Translations under genes and position numbers: made by a program
Shown: positions 17,825 to 25,514 of the stretch, piece by piece
Layout: each line of letters opens with the position of its first letter
Numbering within the stretch: position 1 is the stretch's first letter
From: a bacterium
GTDB lineage: Bacteria; Sysuimicrobiota; Sysuimicrobiia; Sysuimicrobiales; Humicultoraceae
Direction of reading: 5' to 3'
Assembly: GCA_041486265.1 (NCBI GenBank)
Contig: JBGPLF010000003.1
Location: 1-40,474 of the forward strand
DNA length: 40,474 nt
Notes under the pieces: generated by a model
Seen by the model: only the letters and a program-made list of their open reading frames with translations
Databases searched by the model: none
Told to the model about the DNA's origin: nothing

Positions 17825-19444
17825 ATGAGGTTCGCGTCGACGTTTTCCAATGTGGGCCTGGGAATCGGCATGGCGCGGGGGCTGGTCATGCTCACCTCCA
17901 GCCAATGCACCGTTGAGAGCGCGAAGGCGCTCCTGCGAAGACGAATGGCCGAGCGGGACCAAATCTTCCTGCGGATGGTGCGTGAGACAATCTGGGCTCA
18001 TCCAAAGAGCGTCTATCGCCGCCTGCTGTCGTCGGCGGGATGGACAGACGAGACCCTGGCCCAATCGGTGCGAGGGCGGGGCGTCGAGGCCACCCTTGAG
18101 GCACTGCGGGACAGTGGCGTGTACCTGAGCCACGAGGAGTTCAAGGCGGGGAAGCCCGTTCACCGAGATGGTCTCATGCTGGATTGGGATGAGGTGACGA
18201 CCAACAACCCTCTAGTGTCACCATCGTATGAGGTACGGACAGGGGGAACGCGGAGTCGAGGCACCAGGGTTCCCTCCTCGTTCGACTATCTCGCCGACCA
18301 GCGCGGGCCAGCGTGGCGCTTGACGCTCGAAGCCCTCGGTGTCGGATCATGGCCGACGATTGTTTGGCTCCCGAGGAACGCCGGCCTCCAATGGTGGCTC
18401 GCCCTCATGCACATGGGTCGGCCGCCCCTCCGGTGGTTCAGCATTACCGATCTGTCAAGCCTCAGGATCCCCTTGCTGCACCAGGCGATGTTCCGACTGG
18501 GGCAGGTCATCGGCAGGACGCGAGGGTTGCGTGTTCCTTATTACGAGCACGTTCCCCTGTCGGACGCCGATGTCGTGCTTGATGCCATGCTGGCCGCTCG
18601 CGCGAGGCACCGTGGGTGCGCGGTCATTACAAGCCCGAGTGCAGCCACGAGACTGGCTGGGCTCGCCCGTCAGCGCTCGACGACCCTGGAGGGCGTGGCG
18701 TTCCTGGTCGGGGGTGAACCGCTCACCCGCGGGAAGAGTGACGAGATCACGCGAGCCGGCGCTCGTGTCGGGGTCCGTTACAATATCACGGAAGCCGGTG
18801 CCGTGGGCGGCGCATGTACCTACCCGGCAGACGCCGACGACGTGCACCTCGTGGCCGACAGCTTTGCTCTCATTCCTCGGCGGCGCGCGCTTCCCGACGG
18901 TGGGTTCGCGGACGGCTTCATGATCACCACGCTCCTCCCCTCCAGCCCGATGATCCTGCTGAACGTCGATTCCGACGATTTCGGGCAGGTCGTCACGCGG
19001 CGTTGTGGGTGCATCTGGGATGCGTTGGGCATGCAGACGCATCTCACGAATATTCGAAGCTTCTCGAAACTCACGGGTGAGGGAGTCACCGTCCTTGGGA
19101 CGGAGTGCGTGCGCATTCTTGAGGAAGTTCTCCCGCGGGAGTTTGGAGGCCGGAGCATCGACTACCAGTTGCTTGAGGTGGAAGACGAGCACCATTTGAC
19201 TCGCCTGCACCTTGTGGTGAGTCCCTCGGTGGGCCAGGTCGATGAAGAGAAGCTCCTCCTGCGGTTCAAAAGGGAGATAGGTGGGACGGCGCAGGGCGGC
19301 GGCGCGGTGTCGCACTTGTGGCGTCAGGCGGACACGATCAGGGTCGTCCGGCGTGAGCCGGTGATGACGCCGGGGGGCAAGCTGTTGGCGTTCCACACGC
19401 TGGCCTTCGCTCGAGGCCCCGAGGATTCTCACGCCGGATCCTAG
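17825..19444 (+). CDS. Divergent adenylate-forming enzyme (PaaK/CapK-like)
   Basis: Degenerate P-loop 'RTGGTRSRG', 'GGEPLT', 'YNITEAG', 'ITTL' and 'DSDDFG', plus C-terminal 'TPGGK', in the order expected for the ANL superfamily. Confidence 0.55.
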   Translation: MRFASTFSNVGLGIGMARGLVMLTSSQCTVESAKALLRRRMAERDQIFLRMVRETIWAHPKSVYRRLLSSAGWTDETLAQSVRGRGVEATLEALRDSGVYLSHEEFKAGKPVHRDGLMLDWDEVTTNNPLVSPSYEVRTGGTRSRGTRVPSSFDYLADQRGPAWRLTLEALGVGSWPTIVWLPRNAGLQWWLALMHMGRPPLRWFSITDLSSLRIPLLHQAMFRLGQVIGRTRGLRVPYYEHVPLSDADVVLDAMLAARARHRGCAVITSPSAATRLAGLARQRSTTLEGVAFLVGGEPLTRGKSDEITRAGARVGVRYNITEAGAVGGACTYPADADDVHLVADSFALIPRRRALPDGGFADGFMITTLLPSSPMILLNVDSDDFGQVVTRRCGCIWDALGMQTHLTNIRSFSKLTGEGVTVLGTECVRILEEVLPREFGGRSIDYQLLEVEDEHHLTRLHLVVSPSVGQVDEEKLLLRFKREIGGTAQGGGAVSHLWRQADTIRVVRREPVMTPGGKLLAFHTLAFARGPEDSHAGS

Positions 19445-19467
19445 GGCCGAGAAGTAGCCTCCTCGTC

Positions 19468-20652
19468 ATGCGTGACCGGATCCTGCACGGGGTTCGCAGC
19501 CTCTGGGGCAGCGTTGGCGTCGCCATCCTCGTCCTTGTCCTCATCGAAGGTGTGGGTCAGGCGGCCTTGGCCGTACGTGATCGTGGGCTCACCGCTCCGA
19601 GGTGGTTTCCGGAGGATCGCTTTGAGCCCGGCGTCGAGGGTGGCGCCAAGTGGCTCAAGCCATACCTCCGCGAGCTGAGGGTGGCTCTTCGGTACGAGTG
19701 GCATCCCTACGTGTATTGGCGAGCCATGCCCTACCGCGGCACGTACGTCAATATTGATGAGAAGGGAATCCGACGCACGTGGAACAGCCTTTCCTCGTCC
19801 GTGCCGGGTCAACTGAGGATCTGGATGTTTGGCGGTTCCACGTTGTGGGGGCTTGGTTCCCGTGACGAGTTTACTATCGCGTCTCAGGTGTCGAAGAGAC
19901 TCAGCACGCTAGGCATCCACGCGTGGGTGACAAATTTCGGAGAGTCGGGCTACGTCAGCACGCAAGAAGTGATTGCGCTGATGCTTGAGCTTCAGAAGGG
20001 AAATGTTCCCGACATCGTGGTGTTCTACGACGGCGTGAATGATGCGTGGGCAGCGTTTCAAAGCCGTGTTGCGGGAATCCCCGAGAATGAGATGCACCGG
20101 GCGGCCGAATTTAACTCGCGCAGCCGCCTAAACTGGCGAGGGGGGGTCGTCGAAAAACTCGCGCTGTACAGGTTCACCCGGAGTACCCTCGGGTCATTGG
20201 GCAGAGCGCGGTCGAGCGCGGCGATGACAAGCGAGTTTCTGAATCCTGCGCTGGCCAGCGCGGTGGTGGACGCGTACCTAGCCAACGTGCGCACGGTCAG
20301 TGTGCTTGCCCGCGAGCATCGCTTTCAGGCGGTATTCTTCTGGCAGCCCACTGTCTTTTCCAAGAGGAATCTCTCGGAGCGCGAAAAGAGGTGGTATGTG
20401 CACACCGGGCGGGCGGATGTTCGCGACGATGCGCTACCGATCGCGGAGGGATATCGAGTGTTCAATCGGGTTTTCCAGGAAAAGGCGACGACCAGCGGGC
20501 TCACCCAGGTGCATGATCTTTCCGAGGTCTTCTCGGAGGAGTTTAGGACGGTCTTCGTCGATCGGTTTCACATGTCGGATCTGGGTAACGACAGGGTTGC
20601 TGAGGCTATGGTCCAGACGCTGCAAGGGATTGCACGGGACGCACGGAGGTAG
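19468..20652 (+). CDS. Membrane-anchored SGNH/GDSL-fold protein
   Basis: N-terminal transmembrane helix; block I 'FGGSTLWG', block II 'NFGESGY', block III 'YDGVND' and block V 'DRFH'. Confidence 0.82.
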   Translation: MRDRILHGVRSLWGSVGVAILVLVLIEGVGQAALAVRDRGLTAPRWFPEDRFEPGVEGGAKWLKPYLRELRVALRYEWHPYVYWRAMPYRGTYVNIDEKGIRRTWNSLSSSVPGQLRIWMFGGSTLWGLGSRDEFTIASQVSKRLSTLGIHAWVTNFGESGYVSTQEVIALMLELQKGNVPDIVVFYDGVNDAWAAFQSRVAGIPENEMHRAAEFNSRSRLNWRGGVVEKLALYRFTRSTLGSLGRARSSAAMTSEFLNPALASAVVDAYLANVRTVSVLAREHRFQAVFFWQPTVFSKRNLSEREKRWYVHTGRADVRDDALPIAEGYRVFNRVFQEKATTSGLTQVHDLSEVFSEEFRTVFVDRFHMSDLGNDRVAEAMVQTLQGIARDARR

Positions 20653-20705
20653 GCGGGGAGATGAGGAGGGTCCTGGGATGAGACGCTGTTTTGAGGAGGT
20701 ATCAC

Positions 20706-21611
20706 GTGCTCGGTGATACGGTAGGGGCGGAGAACGTGGGTAGTGGCCGTGTGGCCAGCTTTGTCGATGCTGTGACCGGGACGCGAGAAGATGCCACCTT
20801 CATTCGCGCCGGCGGCTCGGAACTATTCTGCGTGGTCCATCGTGGTCCGTCGGCGCCTCGGGGCGGCGTGGTCATCTGTCCTTCGATTTACGCCGAAGAG
20901 CACAAGATGTACGGGACACAGGTTCTGGCTGCCCGCGCCTTCACGGCCGCCGGTTTCGCCGCGGTGCGCTTCCACTATCGGGGCGCGGGGCACAGCGGCG
21001 GGGTGTTCGAAGAGAGCACGGTTGATACGATGCTGGAGGATGTGGCTACGGCGGTCGCCTACTTCAAGGACCAGCAGGACGTACCGTCGCTCGCGTTCTG
21101 CGGGGGCCGATGGGGAGGGCTGATCGCCGGTCTCGCCGCCCGGGATCATCCGGGAGCCCCGCTGGTCCTGTGGGAGCCGGTCATCGACGGCCACGGATAC
21201 TTCAGAGACATCTTCCGGGCGAGCCAGTTGAGCGCGCTGGCCGGGGGCGCAAGCGCCCTCACCGTGGCTCAGGCGGTGGAGCGGCTGCACACGGCGGGCA
21301 TCCTGGATACACTAGGCTATCCGATTCACCGTGGGCTATATGACAGCGCCGGCGGCCGGAGCCTGATGCAAGTGGCCGCGTCGGGAGCTCGGCCCGTCCT
21401 CCTGGTGCAGATCAGCCGCCAGCGAGAGTTGAAGCCCGACTTCAACAGGCTGAAGGACGCCTTTGCAGCCGGTGGGTCATCAATGGAGACGGCGCTGATC
21501 GAAGGTGAGGGCGCGTGGTCGTTCGTCGACAGCCCCATGCCCCTGCCAGGGTCCATTATCGAGGCCTCTGAGAGATGGCTGACGCGCACCGTCAAGGGCC
21601 ACGCGGCGTGA
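20706..21611 (+). CDS. Alpha/beta-hydrolase-fold protein resembling exosortase-locus 'hydrolase 2' (Arg at nucleophile elbow)
   Basis: 'PSIYAEE', 'RFHYRGAGHSGG', elbow 'GGRWGG' and 'LWEPVIDG..Y'. Start at GTG 20706 after GAGGAGGT. Confidence 0.75.
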   Translation: MLGDTVGAENVGSGRVASFVDAVTGTREDATFIRAGGSELFCVVHRGPSAPRGGVVICPSIYAEEHKMYGTQVLAARAFTAAGFAAVRFHYRGAGHSGGVFEESTVDTMLEDVATAVAYFKDQQDVPSLAFCGGRWGGLIAGLAARDHPGAPLVLWEPVIDGHGYFRDIFRASQLSALAGGASALTVAQAVERLHTAGILDTLGYPIHRGLYDSAGGRSLMQVAASGARPVLLVQISRQRELKPDFNRLKDAFAAGGSSMETALIEGEGAWSFVDSPMPLPGSIIEASERWLTRTVKGHAA

Positions 21612-23302
21612 CACGCGACGCGATGACACCGCCCATCCCTGTCGATGCCGGAGGGGCGCGGCGAAGCTCCTGGGTGACCCTTCTTGTGCTGGCGCTCGTG
21701 TTTGCCATCTCGTACAGCCAGTACCCGCTGTACTACCATACGCAGAACCAGTACTTTTTTCAGGGGCTTGCGAAGGCTGGGCTTGGACTCCTGAGGAATG
21801 ATTGGTTCGCCCGTACGCCGGATCCCTGGCCGCTCTTCACCGCCATGGTGGAGTTCACGTACTTCCACGCGGGCCTGTGGATCTTCTACGTCTACTTCAT
21901 CCTGCTGCTGGGCATCTACGCCCTCAGCCTGTTGGGGATCGCCTCCACGGTCTTTCGGATCGACAGCTCGAGGACGAAATTCCTGGTCTTTTTGGCCATC
22001 GTCACAGCGATGCATTCCCCGGTATTCGGGTACGCCTCAAGGCTGCTCCTGGGCCTGCCCCTTGCCGAATCATCGCCCCACCACTTCAACGTAGGGAGGA
22101 TCCTGTTCCTCGAAGGGGTGGGAGAGAAGCGCCTGCTCGGCGACATGCTCAATCCAGGAACGTTCGGCGTTTTTCTGCTCGTGTCGATCTACCTGTTTCT
22201 CCGCCGGAGGCCGTTTCTCGGGGTGACGTCCGCGGTGCTGGCGGCGCTGTTTCAGCCCAGCTATGCTCTCCATGCGGGCATTCTGACCCTGTCCTACATG
22301 TTCATCATGCTGAGGCGTCGCGAGAGTCTTGGGAAGACATTCGGGCTCGGAGTGTACGCCTTCGCGCTCATCTCGCCGCTGCTGGTCTACACTGGGATCT
22401 TCTTCCGTCCGTCAGATCCGGTCACCTGGAGAGAGTCTCAAGACATCCTGGTGCGCCTCGCGTACTACCCGCCCTTGATCCCAGAGTTGTGGCTTGGCGC
22501 TACTGCGTATCTCAAGATGATCATCGTGGCGGGAGCGCTCTACGTGATCCGTCGCACGGACCTCTTCTGGATCATGCTGCTGTCCTTCGTGACGGCGACC
22601 GGCCTGTCGATCATCCAAATCTTCACGAGGAGCAACACCCTCGCGCTGATCATCCCCTGGCGGATTTCAGCATACCTCGTGCCGCTCTCGACCGTTATCC
22701 TGGTGGCGTATGCGCTGTCCGAGGTCTTGGACCGGCCCGACCGTCCCCTCCCCATCAGCGCGAGTGCGCTGGCGACGGCCAGCGTGGTGGTGCTGCTCGT
22801 GCTGGGTGTCTTCGGTGTCGTTGAGACGAAGTGGCGCTTCGACGGGGCCGACAACGTGAAGGGGCTTGCGGTGATGAGACATGTGGAGACGACGAAGAGC
22901 CCAGGCCAAGTGTATCTTATCCCCCCTGGCTGGCGGACGTTCCGCCTGCTCAGCGGAGCCCCGGCATTTGCCGAACGGTCGGTGATCCCCTACGACGACG
23001 TCGGGGTCATGGAGTGGTACAAACGGGTCCGCCTCGCGGACGCCTTCTACGGCACCGCCGAGGAGGATACGGACTACCGTAGCCTACGACAGAAGCGCAG
23101 CGAGGAGGGATCGCTCCCGGTCCCGCCGCCCCGGATCCTGAACGTGCCTCCGCTCGATGTGCGCTGCCGCATGCTCACGGAACTCTCGGCGAGCTACGGC
23201 GTGACGGATGTGGTGCTCGAGGCAGGAGACCTGGAAGGGTGTAGCGGTTGGAAGCTCGCCTTTACGGACGGGCCCTATAAGCTTTACGCGGCGGCGCCGT
23301 GA
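21608..23302 (+). CDS. Polytopic membrane protein with soluble C-terminal domain (GT-C-like architecture, function unknown)
   Basis: About 11-12 hydrophobic segments, loop 'NQYFFQGL...NDW' after TM1, and a soluble tail 'FRLLSGAP...EWYKR'. GTGA overlap with the upstream gene. Confidence 0.65.
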   Translation: MTRDAMTPPIPVDAGGARRSSWVTLLVLALVFAISYSQYPLYYHTQNQYFFQGLAKAGLGLLRNDWFARTPDPWPLFTAMVEFTYFHAGLWIFYVYFILLLGIYALSLLGIASTVFRIDSSRTKFLVFLAIVTAMHSPVFGYASRLLLGLPLAESSPHHFNVGRILFLEGVGEKRLLGDMLNPGTFGVFLLVSIYLFLRRRPFLGVTSAVLAALFQPSYALHAGILTLSYMFIMLRRRESLGKTFGLGVYAFALISPLLVYTGIFFRPSDPVTWRESQDILVRLAYYPPLIPELWLGATAYLKMIIVAGALYVIRRTDLFWIMLLSFVTATGLSIIQIFTRSNTLALIIPWRISAYLVPLSTVILVAYALSEVLDRPDRPLPISASALATASVVVLLVLGVFGVVETKWRFDGADNVKGLAVMRHVETTKSPGQVYLIPPGWRTFRLLSGAPAFAERSVIPYDDVGVMEWYKRVRLADAFYGTAEEDTDYRSLRQKRSEEGSLPVPPPRILNVPPLDVRCRMLTELSASYGVTDVVLEAGDLEGCSGWKLAFTDGPYKLYAAAP

Positions 23303-23368
23303 TGCCCCAGCGACTTTCGGGACTCAACGGGTCCTCGCATCCGCATTACTCTATGAGGTGCATACGTC

Positions 23369-24328
23369 ATGGCTGATTCAATCGCGTCCGAACAGCGTGT
23401 TGTGAAGCACAGTGAGGAGGGGGTCAGTCGCTTCGAGACGCCCGTAAGGTTCCAGGCTGGGGAAGAGCACATTTTTGGGATGCTCACCGAGCCCTTGACT
23501 CCCCGTGGCATCGGCGTCGTCCTGCTGAGTGCGACCTCGGACCGGAATCGGTTCCTCATACGGCAGGCCCGCCGATTGGCCGGATCCGGGTTCCACGTGC
23601 TGCGCTTCGATTATCACGGGTTCGGCGAGAGCAGCGGCCCGTGGACCGGCTCCGCGCTCAAACACGACATGATCACGCTGTCGACCCTTGAGGAGCCTTT
23701 CACCAATGACCTGGTGGGTGCCGTCGAGGAGTTCCACCGACGAGGCATTGAGAAGATCGTCCTCATCGGCCGGTGCTTTGGCTCGCGCACCGCGCTCTCG
23801 GGGGTCAAGCATATCCGCAATCTGCAAGCCGTGGCCCTGATATCACTGCCGATCCATTCGGGCGGCGCGGCGTCCCCGACCAGCCGGTGGGCCCTGGACG
23901 AAGTCCGCGAGGCCGCGCGGCGCGGCGTCCGGCTCCGGGCGCTCCGCGGCCTGCTCAGCCCCAGGCGCCGCAGGCGCTGGCTCCAGAAGCTCCGGTTTGC
24001 CGCCGGCCAACTGGTTCGACGATCGAACCGGGGGACGGAGACCGACGGAGTCGACGCCGATTGGGTGTCCGAGGCGGTTGTGGGTTCACTGCGCGAGGTT
24101 GCGGCCCGCCGCGTGCCCGTGCTGTTCCTGTATGGCCGCCACGAATCCGTCTACAAGGATTTCCTCCAGGCCCAAGCCGGACCATTGAAGGATATCCTCG
24201 GGTCTATCGCCGACCGCGTCACAGTGTCGCTGGTCGATGGTCCGACAAATAACCTCACGAACCTGGGCATCCAAGAGGCGGTCTTGTCGAGCACCCAGGA
24301 GTGGCTCGAAGCCAGCCTCCAGGCATGA
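23369..24328 (+). CDS. Alpha/beta-hydrolase-fold protein resembling exosortase-locus 'hydrolase 1' (Cys at nucleophile elbow)
   Basis: 'ARRLAGSGFHVLRFDYHGFGESSG', elbow 'GRCFG' and 'VPVLFLYG'. GAGGT RBS upstream. Confidence 0.75.
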   Translation: MADSIASEQRVVKHSEEGVSRFETPVRFQAGEEHIFGMLTEPLTPRGIGVVLLSATSDRNRFLIRQARRLAGSGFHVLRFDYHGFGESSGPWTGSALKHDMITLSTLEEPFTNDLVGAVEEFHRRGIEKIVLIGRCFGSRTALSGVKHIRNLQAVALISLPIHSGGAASPTSRWALDEVREAARRGVRLRALRGLLSPRRRRRWLQKLRFAAGQLVRRSNRGTETDGVDADWVSEAVVGSLREVAARRVPVLFLYGRHESVYKDFLQAQAGPLKDILGSIADRVTVSLVDGPTNNLTNLGIQEAVLSSTQEWLEASLQA

Positions 24329-24368
24329 ATCCCCCAAAGCGGCGGCGACGAGACCTGGAGGGGCGAGT

Positions 24369-25514
24369 ATGGATTTTTCCCTGAGCCAGGAGCAGCGCGA
24401 CCTCCAGACGGCGATCATCCGGTTCGCGGAGCGCGAGTTGAGTGACAACCTTCTTGAACGAGACGGGCGAGGCGAATTCTCGCGAGAGCTGTGGGGGAAG
24501 TGTGCCGGCTTTGGAATCCAGGGACTCCCGATTCCGGAGGCCTATGGCGGCAGCGGGTTCGATGCGCTCACGACGGTCCTGGCTCTGGAGGCGCTCGGGT
24601 ACGCGTGCAAGGACAACGGGCTCCTATTCTCGCTCAACGCACAGATGTGGAGCTTTGAGCTGCCCCTGCTGAAGTTTGGGCGCGAGGACCAAAAACTGCG
24701 CTTCCTGCCCCGCCTCTGCGACGGCTCGCTGATCGGGATCCAGGCCATGTCGGAGCCCGACGCCGGATCGGACGCGTTTGGCCTCCGCACGACGGCGGAG
24801 AAGCGGGGGGACCGTTACGTCCTGAACGGGACCAAGACCTTCGTGACGAACGCACCGGTTGCGGATGCGTTCCTCGTCTTTGCGCGGACCGACCCGGCCA
24901 GGGGGCTCGCCGGGATTTCGGCCGTGGTCATCGAGCGCGGGACGCCGGGCCTGTCGGTGAGCCGGGAACTGCACAAGATGGGCCTGCGGACCTCGCCGAT
25001 GGGTGAAGTGGCACTGATTGATTGCGAGGTGCCCGAGGAGAACGTGGTAGGGTCTCCTGGGGCCGGGGCGACCGTCTTTCAGGTCTCCATGGATTGGGAG
25101 CGGTTGTGCATCCTGGCCTGCGCGGTGGGCACGATGCAGCGGCAGGTCGAGCGGTGCATCAGGTATGCGAAAGAACGCACGCAATTTGGGCAGTCTATCG
25201 GGAAGTTTCAGGCGGTCGCCCATCGGATCGTGGACATGAAGATCCGGCTGGAGACCGCCCGTCTGCTGCTGTACAAGGTCGCGTGGCTCAAGGCGCAGGG
25301 CAAACGGACCCGGGTCGAGTCGGCGATGGTCAAGCTCTACCTGAGCGAATGTCTCTTGCACTCCAGTCTCGACGCGGTGCAGATTCACGGTGGCTACGGG
25401 GTCATGGAGGAGTACGAGCTGGAGCGCGAGCTTCGGGACGCGGTGGGCAGCCGGATCTATTCGGGAACGTCGGACATCCAGAAGAACATTATCGCGGGAG
25501 GCCTCGGACTGTGA
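24369..25514 (+). CDS. Acyl-CoA dehydrogenase-fold enzyme, probable L-prolyl-carrier-protein dehydrogenase (PltE/RedW/AnaB-like)
   Basis: Starts MDFSL (ATG 24369, GGAGG RBS). 'EALGYACKDNGLLFS', 'SEPDAGSD', 'SMDWER.C' and 'IYSGTSDIQ' instead of the canonical IYEGT. Adjacent to an adenylation enzyme and a carrier protein. Confidence 0.85.
   Translation: MDFSLSQEQRDLQTAIIRFAERELSDNLLERDGRGEFSRELWGKCAGFGIQGLPIPEAYGGSGFDALTTVLALEALGYACKDNGLLFSLNAQMWSFELPLLKFGREDQKLRFLPRLCDGSLIGIQAMSEPDAGSDAFGLRTTAEKRGDRYVLNGTKTFVTNAPVADAFLVFARTDPARGLAGISAVVIERGTPGLSVSRELHKMGLRTSPMGEVALIDCEVPEENVVGSPGAGATVFQVSMDWERLCILACAVGTMQRQVERCIRYAKERTQFGQSIGKFQAVAHRIVDMKIRLETARLLLYKVAWLKAQGKRTRVESAMVKLYLSECLLHSSLDAVQIHGGYGVMEEYELERELRDAVGSRIYSGTSDIQKNIIAGGLGL

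Noticed and set aside
25022-25510. Apparent 163-aa N-terminal extension or fusion on the adenylation enzyme
   Set aside because: It overlaps the dehydrogenase in another frame and is low-complexity R/G/A sequence. The real start is the GTGA-coupled GTG at 25511. The same reasoning applies to extensions at 1540, 4637, 11736, 12758, 15165, 24237 and 35314.
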